Below, in pieces: positions 36,401 to 45,800 of a stretch of DNA of 64,000 nucleotides (position 1 is the stretch's first letter; every line of letters begins with the position of its first letter). Location: the IMG/VR virus record IMGVR_UViG_2974531088_000001, positions 6,708 to 70,707 of that record; one strand, written 5' to 3'. The notes beneath the pieces were generated by a model, which was not told the DNA's origin, made no database searches, and worked only from the letters and a program-made list of their open reading frames with translations. A program made the position numbers and the translations under genes. This DNA comes from a virus (Duplodnaviria; Caudoviricetes).

Positions 36401-36900
36401 CCGCAGACCTGACAGCCCTGGACGCAATCCGGGAACGCACCCGCTCATGGGCAGCCGGCAAGCTGCGCACCGCCCGGATAGTCAAAAGCCCACAGACCGG
36501 GCGCTTTGCTGTCCTCAACGGCGTCACCCCGGAAGGCATCGAACTGAACATGGTCATGGTCAACCACGACCCAGGGGGCACCAAAACGCCCGTGTTCGAG
36601 GTGGAAAAAGCGGAAGCCATTGTGGCCGCAGCCCGGGACGCCAAAGCCCTCATGACCCTTGTGGACACCCTCAGAACCCAGTTCAAGCACGAGGCCGAAC
36701 AACTCCGAATCACAGCCGACCGGCTCACCCAAGACTCGCTACACCCGCCAATTGACCGCGACAAGGCAGGACGGCAGGAAGCACGCGAAACCGCCGAACG
36801 CTACCGCAACTTTTCCAGTTGGGCCGACTCAGTGGCCTACAAAATGGACAAAACCATTGACGACGTACTGAACCCCAAGGAAGACCGCCCCAATGAGTAA
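36397..36900 (+). CDS. Hypothetical protein
   Basis: ATGA overlap. Confidence 0.65.
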   Translation: MTADLTALDAIRERTRSWAAGKLRTARIVKSPQTGRFAVLNGVTPEGIELNMVMVNHDPGGTKTPVFEVEKAEAIVAAARDAKALMTLVDTLRTQFKHEAEQLRITADRLTQDSLHPPIDRDKAGRQEARETAERYRNFSSWADSVAYKMDKTIDDVLNPKEDRPNE

Positions 36901-37126
36901 GAACCTCAAGCCCCAGCAAGCGCCCATTCAGGTCAAACAGGCCAGCCCCCGCATTGTGGTGGACGCAGACGCCAAGACCGTCATTCTGGACCTGCAAATG
37001 GACGGGGTGTTCCTCAAGATGGACCCCGAAACCGCACGCAAGCTGGGGGCTGCGCTGGCAGCCGGGGCAGCGAAAGCGGAAGGCCGCACCAAGGGCCACG
37101 TGTTCATGATTGACGGGGGCGAGTAA
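36893..37126 (+). CDS. Hypothetical protein
   Basis: AAGGAAG RBS. Confidence 0.65.
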   Translation: MSKNLKPQQAPIQVKQASPRIVVDADAKTVILDLQMDGVFLKMDPETARKLGAALAAGAAKAEGRTKGHVFMIDGGE

Positions 37127-38085
37127 TGAGCTCACTCACTGACCCCAAGGGCATCAAGCGCACCGTTGCCGCGATCTACTACGGCGGACGGGAACACCCG
37201 CTTGCTAACCTGGCCCGACTCATTGACGGCGCAATCAGCGACGCCCAATTCCAAGGGCTTGGACAGTTCGACGTAGCCCGGTGGGTGGCCCACGCGATCA
37301 CCGAGGACCAGAAAGCCCGGGTTGCCGAGGCCGACAAGACAGCACCCCACGGCCAGTTCGTGCGCAACCCACCCGCGCCCACCCCCGGCGATCCTGAACA
37401 CCGGGCAGCCGCGCAAGCCCTACGCGACGCCTTGCCCAAGCCCGGACTGTGGGACTTCCTCAAGGACTTGCCCACCATTCCTGACCTTGACAGCGTGCGC
37501 ACCCCTGGCCCCCACAAGTTCGAGGACTTCAAGCCCGGGTTCGTGGCCTTTGGTGAAATGCCGGAACTCCCGCCCTTCCCCAAGCTGGACCTGTCAGGCA
37601 TCCCCGCCATGCCCGTGGACATAAAAGAGAGCTTGGAACGCGCGAGCGAGCAACTACGCGAGAGCATGGAACGCGCCGCCAAGGCTGTCCGCAAGGGCAT
37701 TGACGACGCCCGGGCAGCGGAAGCGCGCCGAATCCTGGCAGCGCAACCCCACGAACACATTTACGGGCGCGGCTCTAACGGCTTGTGCCGTATCTGTGGG
37801 GCAGAGTCCAACAGCCGGCGCGCGAGGGCCAAACGCCGCGAAATCAACAACACCAAAGCCAAAGCCGCCGCCCAATACCCCCGGCACGCCGTTGGCGAGA
37901 GGGTCACGCACCTTTCCACCGACTCAAAGGGCACGGTCCTTGAACCCGCAGACCACAACGGCAAGGTCCAGGTCATTTGGGACACCACGGGAAACACCAC
38001 AGCCGTCTACGTGAACACCCTCAGTGCCCCCGAATCCCGGCTTTACGAGGCGTTGAAGAACAAGGGTGACGGCGTTGACGGCTGA
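37126..38085 (+). CDS. Hypothetical protein, Pro-rich centre and SH3/KOW-like C-terminus
   Basis: TAATG overlap; VGERVTH…GTV…KVQVIWD. Confidence 0.7.
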   Translation: MSSLTDPKGIKRTVAAIYYGGREHPLANLARLIDGAISDAQFQGLGQFDVARWVAHAITEDQKARVAEADKTAPHGQFVRNPPAPTPGDPEHRAAAQALRDALPKPGLWDFLKDLPTIPDLDSVRTPGPHKFEDFKPGFVAFGEMPELPPFPKLDLSGIPAMPVDIKESLERASEQLRESMERAAKAVRKGIDDARAAEARRILAAQPHEHIYGRGSNGLCRICGAESNSRRARAKRREINNTKAKAAAQYPRHAVGERVTHLSTDSKGTVLEPADHNGKVQVIWDTTGNTTAVYVNTLSAPESRLYEALKNKGDGVDG

Positions 38086-38224
38086 CGTTCAGGAAGCCCT
38101 CTATGCGTGGTGCCCGTCCTGTTCCATGGGCAGCGACGTGGGCATCATGCGCGCGGAAGCTGAGGCATGGGCCAGCCAGCACAACGAGGACAACCATGGA
38201 GAGGACGCGGAACATGTGGGCTGA
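38075..38224 (+). CDS. 49-aa protein (WCPSC…WASQHN)
   Basis: Read by hand; its CxxC…W…HN pattern recurs in the 38804 protein. Confidence 0.5.
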   Translation: MTADVQEALYAWCPSCSMGSDVGIMRAEAEAWASQHNEDNHGEDAEHVG

Positions 38225-38318
38225 GGCGCTGGTCGAATCCCTCCCGGGGCTGGCCGGGGTGCTGGTGGGCATAGCGGTGGTTCTCTACATGCGGCGCCGG
38301 GACTGGTGGAAGCGGTGA
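38214..38318 (+). CDS. 34-aa single-TM peptide
   Basis: GGAGAGG RBS; hydrophobic stretch followed by RRRDWWKR. Confidence 0.55.
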   Translation: MWAEALVESLPGLAGVLVGIAVVLYMRRRDWWKR

Positions 38319-38773
38319 CGGGCTGGGAAAACCCGCCACTGTGGGAGGACGCTATCGGTGACTTGGCTAGAGCGTGGGAAGCCGCGGCCAACCAGCCCCT
38401 TGAGCCGTTCGTGCCGGTCATGCCGCCCACGGAACAGGAAAAGCTACTTGAGGCCGTGAACGTTCCTCGAGCTCTGCCCGTGTCCTGGGACGGCATCCCC
38501 ATGGAATGGCGGGAATGGCACGCAGAGAACCAAATCACGATATGCCCACCCATCCCACGCGAGCCATGCCCCCACTGTGGCTTTGACGACGCCCCGCGCT
38601 CAATGTGCCGGGGCGTCCGGGTGGGTTCCAAGCTACTGGGGCCACTCTTTGCGTTCCGCTGCCAAGCATGCGGCGGCGACACCGTGCACGACCTCCAAGC
38701 CGGCGATACGTGGATCCTTGAGCTAGACGACTACGGCCCGGAAGGCAGCAACAACGTGAGGCTTACCGACTAA
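38315..38773 (+). CDS. Zn-ribbon protein
   Basis: CPHCG…CQACG. Confidence 0.65.
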   Translation: MTGWENPPLWEDAIGDLARAWEAAANQPLEPFVPVMPPTEQEKLLEAVNVPRALPVSWDGIPMEWREWHAENQITICPPIPREPCPHCGFDDAPRSMCRGVRVGSKLLGPLFAFRCQACGGDTVHDLQAGDTWILELDDYGPEGSNNVRLTD

Positions 38774-38797
38774 AACAGGCACGCGCGGGGGCAGACT
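38772..38797 (+). promoter_or_regulatory. Middle-type promoter, leaderless
   Basis: AAAACAGGCAC-N9-CAGACT-N6-ATG. Confidence 0.75.
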
Positions 38798-38803
38798 TGG
38801 ACT

Positions 38804-39061
38804 ATGACCAATGAACTGCCGGACCTTTCCGACGAATCCCGGTGCATCCCTTTGGCTCAATGCCCGGAATGCCCCAAGCTCATGCCAGCGGACCAAGTGC
38901 GCTGCCAAGCCCACGAGGTGAAAGCCGTAGTGGAACCCACCACCGTGCCCCGGCGCCACCGCGCGTGGTGCGACGCCCACCAGGACGGGTGGAACGGCAC
39001 CAAGCGCACCGCAGAAAAGTGGGCTGCCAAGCACAACGCCGAACACCACCCGGAAGCCTGA
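38804..39061 (+). CDS. Cys/His-rich hypothetical protein
   Basis: Leaderless start. Confidence 0.65.
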   Translation: MTNELPDLSDESRCIPLAQCPECPKLMPADQVRCQAHEVKAVVEPTTVPRRHRAWCDAHQDGWNGTKRTAEKWAAKHNAEHHPEA

Positions 39062-39066
39062 CACCC

Positions 39067-39261
39067 ATGTTGAGCCTGACCCGTAAGGAACGTGAGAGAA
39101 ACCTCGTTTGCCAGCACTGTGGGCGCCCGATTGTCCGCAACACCGGCCCCCGGCACCGTTGGGCGCGCGCCTTGCCCAAGCTCGAATGGCTGCATAACGC
39201 CAAGGACTTTGACCCCACCAAGCCCATTGATTGCTTCACCCCCGAACCCAAGGAAGACTGA
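39067..39261 (+). CDS. Zn-ribbon mini-protein (CQHCGRPI…WLH…C..PEP)
   Basis: Operon position. Confidence 0.6.
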   Translation: MLSLTRKERERNLVCQHCGRPIVRNTGPRHRWARALPKLEWLHNAKDFDPTKPIDCFTPEPKED

Positions 39262-39263
39262 CC

Positions 39264-39782
39264 ATGCCTGAATTCGCCACAGCACGCCAAAGAATCACCG
39301 AATACTTGCGCCAACGCCGGATGCAGACCCGCGACTTGGGCAACGCTATCCACGTCACCTACACAGACCCCAAGGGCCACCCCGCCGAGCTCACATATTC
39401 GGACCTTGACGAGGTTATGTTGACCTCAACAGGGCTGCCGTCCTGGACGTTCTTCTACGCATTCCACGCAGCCATGGACGCCCTCAAGGACCACGAGGCA
39501 TGGGCTATGGGACGCGGGGAAGACCTGACCGGAAACGGCACCATCAGTTACCCCGTGAGGTGCGTTAGCTGCCCCGGCCAGTGGCACACCTACGCCCTGC
39601 ACCCGGAAGACGCCCGGGAACTGTTCCGCGGCCACCAAGCCGGGATAATCGCCGCGCGCATGCGTGACACCTTCCAAAACCCAGACAAGGCAGAGGAACA
39701 ACAGCTAATCCTTGACCGGGTATGGCATGAAGGCTGGGACGCCAACGACGGCGACGAAAGCCCCTATGGAGTGGCCGAATGA
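39264..39782 (+). CDS. Hypothetical protein
   Basis: AAGGAAG RBS. Confidence 0.65.
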   Translation: MPEFATARQRITEYLRQRRMQTRDLGNAIHVTYTDPKGHPAELTYSDLDEVMLTSTGLPSWTFFYAFHAAMDALKDHEAWAMGRGEDLTGNGTISYPVRCVSCPGQWHTYALHPEDARELFRGHQAGIIAARMRDTFQNPDKAEEQQLILDRVWHEGWDANDGDESPYGVAE

Positions 39783-40648
39783 GCGCCACCATTGCCACTG
39801 TCCTTGCCGCCCACCCTGACTGGGGTTACAAGCCTGTTCTGACCGCTGACGAACTGGGGACCGTAATCCACTGCATGGGCGAGGGGTGCACCTGGAAGGC
39901 TGAAAACCCGCCCCTCACCTTGAAGGGCAACGAGTTGTTCCGCGCCCACCAAGCTGAGGAACTGGCCAAAGCCCTTGAGTTCAAGCCTGTTGAGCTCGCA
40001 ACCAAGCCGCTGACGTTCAACAGCACCCAGCGCCCGGAAGTGTTGCGCCGATTCAACAGCGACATTGAGGGCGGCACGCTCAAGCTCATGCACGATCAGG
40101 GGCTTATCCGGCACCTGACCTTCCGCCCCCGCAAGGGTAATTTCTGCTGGTTCGACATAATCACCAGCCCCGGGCAACTCACCATCAGGGGCGACATGGG
40201 CGACTTTGTATTCGTGCGCGAGCCGGACATGCTGAGGGACTTTTTCAGCCGCGACGTGAACCCCCATTACTGGCGGGAAAAGCTGGTGGCACAAGACGTT
40301 TCCACCCCTGCATGGCAATATGAGCGCGAGCTATACACCAAGTACGTGGCCCAACACTTCTGGGACCGCCGCACCAAGTACACCCCGGACGTGGCAGCCG
40401 CCCTATGGCGCGAAATCCGGGAGACTGGCCCACTGAGTGACTGGGCAGACGCCCACGACGCCACAAGCGCATGGACCACCCTAGACGCGTTCGTTGGCGA
40501 GCATGCGCCCTACCGTTACGAATCCGATTACGAGGAAGACTTCCACGATTACAGCTACCAATATCTGTGGTGCTGCCATGCCGTGCTACTGGCTTGCCGT
40601 GCGTATCGTGAACACCACCGAACCATCAACCAGGAAGTGAGCCAATGA
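39779..40648 (+). CDS. Hypothetical protein (RHLTF…TSPGQLTIRGDMG…DMLRDFF…YWREKL)
   Basis: Resembles a recurrent phage domain of unknown function. Confidence 0.7.
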   Translation: MSATIATVLAAHPDWGYKPVLTADELGTVIHCMGEGCTWKAENPPLTLKGNELFRAHQAEELAKALEFKPVELATKPLTFNSTQRPEVLRRFNSDIEGGTLKLMHDQGLIRHLTFRPRKGNFCWFDIITSPGQLTIRGDMGDFVFVREPDMLRDFFSRDVNPHYWREKLVAQDVSTPAWQYERELYTKYVAQHFWDRRTKYTPDVAAALWREIRETGPLSDWADAHDATSAWTTLDAFVGEHAPYRYESDYEEDFHDYSYQYLWCCHAVLLACRAYREHHRTINQEVSQ

Positions 40649-41061
40649 GCGTTGCACCCATCACACAAGCCGAAATCAACAACGTAGTAGTGACCCGCAA
40701 CGGGGTGACGTTGAGCGTTGGCGAGGAATCCGGGAACGTCATAAAGACCACCGTGGGGGAAGCGCCGGACAAGCTCCGAACCCGCGCCGTCTACCTGTTG
40801 GCACTTGCCAACTACATTGACAACCCCCCGGCGCCGCCGTTCGACTTCCCGCCCAACCATGCCGCTGTGATCACTGGCGAAATCGACGTCGAGGGCTCTT
40901 TCAGCGTCGTGCGCTTCACCCGCCTAGAGGATGCCGGCTGGTTCTCTCGTGGCTTTGGGTGGAAGGACGAGGCAGCTATCCGCCGCGACTTCCACAATCT
41001 GCGTGTGGTCAGCGAGGGCGTCCCCAACGAAACCCCCGCTGAGGAAGCCCCCGGCGAGTAA
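40645..41061 (+). CDS. Hypothetical protein
   Basis: CAGGAAG RBS. Confidence 0.65.
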   Translation: MSVAPITQAEINNVVVTRNGVTLSVGEESGNVIKTTVGEAPDKLRTRAVYLLALANYIDNPPAPPFDFPPNHAAVITGEIDVEGSFSVVRFTRLEDAGWFSRGFGWKDEAAIRRDFHNLRVVSEGVPNETPAEEAPGE

Positions 41062-41073
41062 CGACACCCAAAA

Positions 41074-41118
41074 GCCCCGTGACGCATCCCACACTGTCAC
41101 GGGGCATTTGCGTACCGT
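41074..41118 (+). promoter_or_regulatory. Hairpin plus late-type promoter
   Basis: GCCCCGTGAC/GTCACGGGGC stem; CGCATCCCACA(41083)-N19-TACCGT. Confidence 0.5.
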
Positions 41119-41147
41119 CAGCCCACCAGCAAACAAAGAGGTTGACC

Positions 41148-41369
41148 ATGGCAAAGCACCGCGTAACCCACCTGACCAAGTGCCATGAGTGCGCCACACT
41201 CGTTGAGGAACCATGCCGGGGCGCATTCGATTACGCCCTATGTTCCAGGCATCGTGATTGCCAATCTTGCCCAATTCGAGGCATCCAGCAAAAACCGGCA
41301 CAACCGCTGGTTAGCTTGGACTATGACAACAAAGCAGAACCCGACCAGCCCTTCCCCCAAGCCGCCTAA
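41148..41369 (+). CDS. Cys-rich small protein
   Basis: AAAGAGG RBS; CHEC…C…C…CQSC; 3' end overlaps the next promoter and gene. Confidence 0.55.
   Translation: MAKHRVTHLTKCHECATLVEEPCRGAFDYALCSRHRDCQSCPIRGIQQKPAQPLVSLDYDNKAEPDQPFPQAA
41290..41317 (+). promoter_or_regulatory. Middle-type promoter, leaderless
   Basis: AAAAACCGGCAC-N10-TAGCTT-N5-ATG (variant spacing). Confidence 0.6.
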
Positions 41370-41778
41370 GCCCAACAGGCGCGCCCAACTCATTGACCAC
41401 GCACGCACCCTGGGTGATCCGAACTGGTCCTTGAGCGTCCCCAGCGCGGCGAAAGACCTGATCAACGCCCTTGCCGAACAGGTGGCCATTTCCATGCCGC
41501 CCCCACAGGCTGTGATCCCGGAAGACAAGCCCCGCGACCCCATTGTCACGCTCGCGAACAGCGCCAAAAGCTATCTGGAATACCGCAAGGGCAAGCTTGA
41601 GGACACCCTCGCTAACCTGGAACGCACCATTGCCGACTTGCGCCGCTACCCCGGCAGCGACGGCGTGAACCTCATGACCCGCGCCGCCGAGGCAGCCAAC
41701 GCCGCCACCCAACTGCAAGACGCCATGGAACACGCCGAACAGTTCGCCTATCTCGTGGGAGAACGCACCAATGACTAA
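41323..41778 (+). CDS. Hypothetical helical protein
   Basis: Start inferred from the promoter motif. Confidence 0.65.
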   Translation: MTTKQNPTSPSPKPPKPNRRAQLIDHARTLGDPNWSLSVPSAAKDLINALAEQVAISMPPPQAVIPEDKPRDPIVTLANSAKSYLEYRKGKLEDTLANLERTIADLRRYPGSDGVNLMTRAAEAANAATQLQDAMEHAEQFAYLVGERTND

Positions 41779-42340
41779 GCGCCAATTCCTTGTGACCGTT
41801 GAGGGCGACGCCGCCAGCGACGACAAAATAGCGGCCCTCATAAGGGGCGTCCTTGACGGCAAAGTTTCGGTGTCCCTACTCGCTGACAAGGTGGGTGGAC
41901 TCGCTGCCCACTGGGACGCTGACGCCCCACCGGGCAGCATTATGGTGTTCCAGGCTGACAAGCGGGAACCCGTCGAATACATCACCGCACCCGGCAAGGA
42001 CTACGGACCAACCCCGGAAGAATGGGACCAGCTACGGGAACGCGTCAAAGACATGGTGAGGGGCAACCCTTGGGGCCATGTTGAGGTGATGCAACCAGAC
42101 GGCACCATGGCCCCGCCACCTGTTCCCGGGGCGATCCTTGGGACTGGCGGCTGGGTGGTGCAAGACCCGCCCCCGTCGCGCTACACCACGCACCCTTTCA
42201 AGGTCACCAACGGCCCGGATAGCTCGCTGGGCAGCTTCCGGGACCGGGCAACAGCGGAACAGTACGCAGACCAGTGGAACAAAGACCCCATGCACACCGG
42301 CCAACTGCGTGCTGAGGTCAAGGACACCCGGCATGACTGA
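41771..42340 (+). CDS. Hypothetical protein
   Basis: GGGAG RBS. Confidence 0.65.
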   Translation: MTKRQFLVTVEGDAASDDKIAALIRGVLDGKVSVSLLADKVGGLAAHWDADAPPGSIMVFQADKREPVEYITAPGKDYGPTPEEWDQLRERVKDMVRGNPWGHVEVMQPDGTMAPPPVPGAILGTGGWVVQDPPPSRYTTHPFKVTNGPDSSLGSFRDRATAEQYADQWNKDPMHTGQLRAEVKDTRHD

Positions 42341-42494
42341 CGGACAGCGCTTCCCCGTGTGCGTCAACTGCCACCACATGATTCTTGTATTCGAGGACCA
42401 CGCCCAAAGCTGCGTAACCCGCTTAGGCGCGTATCAACTCCCAAAGCTTCCCCCCGGATTCCTGCAACCCAAGGACAAAGACCATGAGAACTGA
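42333..42494 (+). CDS. 53-aa Cys-containing protein
   Basis: AAGGA RBS; CVNC. Confidence 0.5.
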   Translation: MTDGQRFPVCVNCHHMILVFEDHAQSCVTRLGAYQLPKLPPGFLQPKDKDHEN

Positions 42495-43027
42495 ACCGCT
42501 GCCCCACGAGGACAAAGCCCAATTCGAGCTTGCCCGGGCCGTGTTCGAGGCGGACAACGGGTGCCGCCAAAGACCCTGCATATGAATGGGAGGTAGCCCA
42601 GCCAGAACTCACGGAATATGCGTTTGGCATTGCCGCTGGCCTCTTGCGCCGGGGCTACAGCAAGGCCACGGGCGACCTTGTGCGCGTGGAGGAAGTCCGG
42701 CCCATCATTGCCGAAATCCTGGACAGTGAGCCATGCGACCGGGACCATAACGGCGGCTGCCAAGCGCACGGTTACTATGGCCTCACGCCCGGGGAACTCT
42801 GCCCCCAGCAAACCGCCAAGCACTGGCTGGAAACCCACCCGGCACCAGTCCAGGACAAACCCGGGGACGGCGATCTTGTCTGCAGCGGCTGCTCCACATT
42901 CACCAGTTGGGTGGACGCCCCGGAAAAGGGCTGGAAGATCACCCACCGGGGGCCGGACGGCAAAGCCAACATACTGGCCGCGTGGTGCCCCAACTGCGAG
43001 CCTTGGGCACACCTTGCCAAGGATTGA
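42484..43027 (+). pseudogene. Frameshifted hypothetical gene (extra G at about 42558)
   Basis: The frame from ATG 42484 stops at 42585; the +1 frame continues as a coherent protein to 43027. Confidence 0.6.
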
Positions 43028-43172
43028 GCTCATAAGAGACCACCGTGGCCACATAGCTGGACATGTGGCCACGGTTACCAAGGAAGAACAGGAAGCCGCG
43101 GACAAGCGCGCGGCTGAACTCAAGGCGTACTACGCAGACGCCGCAGACTATGACGATTGGATCGACTGGTGA
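43014..43172 (+). CDS. 52-aa hypothetical protein
   Basis: TTG start; fills a gap. Confidence 0.45.
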   Translation: MPRIELIRDHRGHIAGHVATVTKEEQEAADKRAAELKAYYADAADYDDWIDW

Positions 43173-43405
43173 AACAAGGAAAGTATTGGTGCCTGGCACT
43201 CGCTGCCGTGGCTTTGCTGCTGTTCGGCGCCCTGATTTGGACGGGTGACGGACGCTATGGCGGGTTGGCGTGGCTGGCCGTCGTCGGTGCGATCATTGCC
43301 GGGTTGGTGGGCATCACTCAAGCCGTCAAAAGCGAAACCCAGGAACTCAAAAAACACCCCGCGTTGGGCTGGGAGGAAGAACAGGCACGGAAGGCCACAG
43401 ACTAG
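43169..43405 (+). CDS. Two-TM membrane protein
   Basis: Two hydrophobic helices. Confidence 0.65.
   Translation: MKQGKYWCLALAAVALLLFGALIWTGDGRYGGLAWLAVVGAIIAGLVGITQAVKSETQELKKHPALGWEEEQARKATD
43377..43403 (+). promoter_or_regulatory. Middle-type promoter, leaderless
   Basis: AAGAACAGGCAC-N9-CAGACT-N6-ATG, embedded in the upstream CDS. Confidence 0.7.
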
Positions 43406-43409
43406 AACC

Positions 43410-43589
43410 ATGGCAGATAACCAGCATCCCGACATTCCGAAAGTCTCACCCCTCGTGGCGGACGCCATGGCCCTTGGTGAGGTCTTGCAAGCGTTCGTTG
43501 AAGCCGGGTGGAACAAAGACGACGCAATAAAGTACATGGCCATTCAATCCGCAACCAGGGGGGTGCAACGTGAACAGCTTGGACTTTGA
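43410..43589 (+). CDS. 59-aa protein ending in EQLGL
   Basis: Leaderless start; …FVEAGWNKDDAI…. Confidence 0.65.
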   Translation: MADNQHPDIPKVSPLVADAMALGEVLQAFVEAGWNKDDAIKYMAIQSATRGVQREQLGL

Positions 43590-44169
43590 GCCACGCGCCG
43601 CCGGCGACGTGGTGCCGGACCCGTTTGTTGAGAACACCACAAACAGGTGGATGCCCTTCGATCCCATCAAAGCCGCCTTGGGCTACCACGCAGCCCGGGC
43701 GCTGGCGTACAGCCGCCAAACCGAGCTTGAGCCGGACAACACCAACGCGGTGGCGCTCATGGTCACTGAGTACCACATTGCGAGCCTCTACTACGCGCAA
43801 GCTACCGGGGGCATGACACCCAAGGCCATAAAGAACTTCAACATTGGCATGCGGGAACGCCCTTACGCGACCTTGCACAACATCATCCACATGCTGACGT
43901 TCCTGGGCATCGACCCCCGGGAAATCAAGGCGTTTCGATCCCCGGAAAGGGTCCAACGCGAGGCACTGGAAGGACTTGTGCAGGATTTACTCCACCACCA
44001 AGACGTTGAGGGTGAAGCCGTAGACGTTCGTGGCCCCCACGGCTGGTACGACGTAGTAAGCGTGATCCAAGGGGCACTTCACCCCGACGCCCGAAAGGGT
44101 GACCCCGCCCTGCTGCCCGGAATCCGGGCCAAACTCGCAAACCTCAAAGAACAGGACACCACCGAATGA
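43570..44169 (+). CDS. Hypothetical protein
   Basis: ORF track; coding-like composition. Confidence 0.65.
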   Translation: MNSLDFEPRAAGDVVPDPFVENTTNRWMPFDPIKAALGYHAARALAYSRQTELEPDNTNAVALMVTEYHIASLYYAQATGGMTPKAIKNFNIGMRERPYATLHNIIHMLTFLGIDPREIKAFRSPERVQREALEGLVQDLLHHQDVEGEAVDVRGPHGWYDVVSVIQGALHPDARKGDPALLPGIRAKLANLKEQDTTE

Positions 44170-45206
44170 CCTCCTGCATTGACATAATCGAACAGCACGC
44201 CCCCGACGCGCCCAAGGGTTCGTTCTACACGTGCCCCCATTCCAGGCTGTACCGGCTCAAGGCCAAAGGCTGGCGCATTGTGCGCAACCCCTGGCTTAAG
44301 CGCAGCGTCAAACGCCAGCAATGGGCAGCCATGCAGCTTGAGCTCCTGAAAATGACCCACCACTTGGTCAGCGAAACCCAACAGCTACGCGACATTGCCG
44401 ACGCCAAAGGCAAACACTCAATCGTGAACGTCTCATGGACCCCGGACCCGGACAGCGACGGCTACAAGGTAGGCGTTGACCCGGCAGGGCCGGAAGGGTT
44501 CGAGGTGACCCGGGTAGTGGCAAAGCACGACGCCAAACCCGGCGAAACCATCAATGCTGACTTCCGCAAAGACCCCGAATATCAGGAAGCCCTCAAGGAA
44601 TGGAAGGCATCCCAAGCCGCCAACGTCGTCACTGAGGTGTCAGTCAGGGAAACCGAGGACGGCGGACTTGAACAGGACGGACCCATGGTCACCACCATTG
44701 AGGGCCACGACATAAGCACCGTAGAGCAAGCGGAAGCCGTCCGTGAGTTCTACCAGGCCGAATATCAGCGCTTGAAGCATGAGGGCAAGGCCGCTGGCCG
44801 GTGTGAGTACATGGTCGGCAGGCTGGATAAGTTCCTCGGTTACCAGTTCGGACGCATCCCCGTGACCAAGCTTGACGGCACCTACCTGACCGAGGACGAA
44901 ATCCGGGACGCCGCCGCCAAGCTCAACCTGGACGTGGCCCTTGACGTGTCCGCTGGCAGCGCTCACCCTGACGTGATCACGACCCCGGACTGGACCCGGG
45001 TAGCGAACCCCGACGAATACGCGGCGAACTTGGACATTGACCCCAAGAACCGCCCCAAGGCAGCCGGCGGCGTGATCACTGACCCGCCCTTGCCCCCGGG
45101 CACTATCAGTGTCCAGCTTTCCGCCGGCAGCTATGAGAACCGGGAGGAAACGGCCGCGCGTATCGCTGACGCCGTAATTGACCAGCAAATCAGGTACGGG
45201 CTGTGA
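44166..45206 (+). CDS. Hypothetical protein
   Basis: CAGGA RBS; ATGA overlap. Confidence 0.7.
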   Translation: MTSCIDIIEQHAPDAPKGSFYTCPHSRLYRLKAKGWRIVRNPWLKRSVKRQQWAAMQLELLKMTHHLVSETQQLRDIADAKGKHSIVNVSWTPDPDSDGYKVGVDPAGPEGFEVTRVVAKHDAKPGETINADFRKDPEYQEALKEWKASQAANVVTEVSVRETEDGGLEQDGPMVTTIEGHDISTVEQAEAVREFYQAEYQRLKHEGKAAGRCEYMVGRLDKFLGYQFGRIPVTKLDGTYLTEDEIRDAAAKLNLDVALDVSAGSAHPDVITTPDWTRVANPDEYAANLDIDPKNRPKAAGGVITDPPLPPGTISVQLSAGSYENREETAARIADAVIDQQIRYGL

Positions 45207-45595
45207 CCTATCAGCACCCGGTTATCGACTTCCTGGAAGCCCGACTTGAGGAACAGGAAGCCCTAGCCAAGACGTGCCTACTGCCGGAACACACGCACCC
45301 CTACGGTGACGAAAGGATCCCGGCCTCACGCCCGGACCAGTGGGCAAGGGACTTGGATAACTACCTCGGCGGACCCTACGGCAAGCACACGGGCTATTGG
45401 TCCCCCACGCAAGTGCTGGCCGAAATCCACACCAAGCGCGAGGTGATCCGAAAGCTTCGCCTGTTCGTGGAGCAAGGCAAAGAAAGCCCGGTGATTGAGT
45501 CCCACAGCGTTGGGCTGCTTATCGCCGTCAAGCTGCTTTGCCAGCCCTATCAGGACCACCCGGACTTCCGCCAGATCGTGGACTATCTGCCCTGA
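45203..45595 (+). CDS. DUF6221-like protein
   Basis: FLEARLEEQE…PTQVLAEIHTKR…LLCQPYQDHPDF. Confidence 0.7.
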   Translation: MTYQHPVIDFLEARLEEQEALAKTCLLPEHTHPYGDERIPASRPDQWARDLDNYLGGPYGKHTGYWSPTQVLAEIHTKREVIRKLRLFVEQGKESPVIESHSVGLLIAVKLLCQPYQDHPDFRQIVDYLP

Positions 45596-45642
45596 CCTTG
45601 TGTTAATGTGGTCCTACTCCTTTCGAGTTGTGGGGCTGCTGA

Positions 45643-45683
45643 GAAAGCCCCCCGGTGACGCCAAGTAACCGGGGGGCTTTTTT
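45643..45683. terminator. Intrinsic terminator
   Basis: GAAAGCCCCCCGGT…ACCGGGGGGCTTTTTT. Confidence 0.88.
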
Positions 45684-45693
45684 CATGCCCCCA

Positions 45694-45753
45694 TGTAAAG
45701 AATCGGGCCGTTTTCTTACACGTCCCGGCAACTTGTAAAGCTTCCTTACACGT
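45694..45753. repeat. Two TGTAAAG…CTTACACGT units
   Basis: Direct repeats, each an imperfect palindrome. Confidence 0.65.
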
Positions 45754-45773
45754 TGCCCCCGGCGAGCCCCGGC

Positions 45774-45800
45774 AAAAACAGGCACGCGGACCCAGAGAAT
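45774..45800 (+). promoter_or_regulatory. Middle-type promoter, leaderless
   Basis: AAAAACAGGCAC-N9-GAGAAT-N6-ATG. Confidence 0.8.

Noticed and set aside
45326-45607. Antisense ORF over the DUF6221-like gene
   Set aside because: Only an ATT or GTG start and complete overlap with a good gene; mentioned only as part of the intergenic finding.
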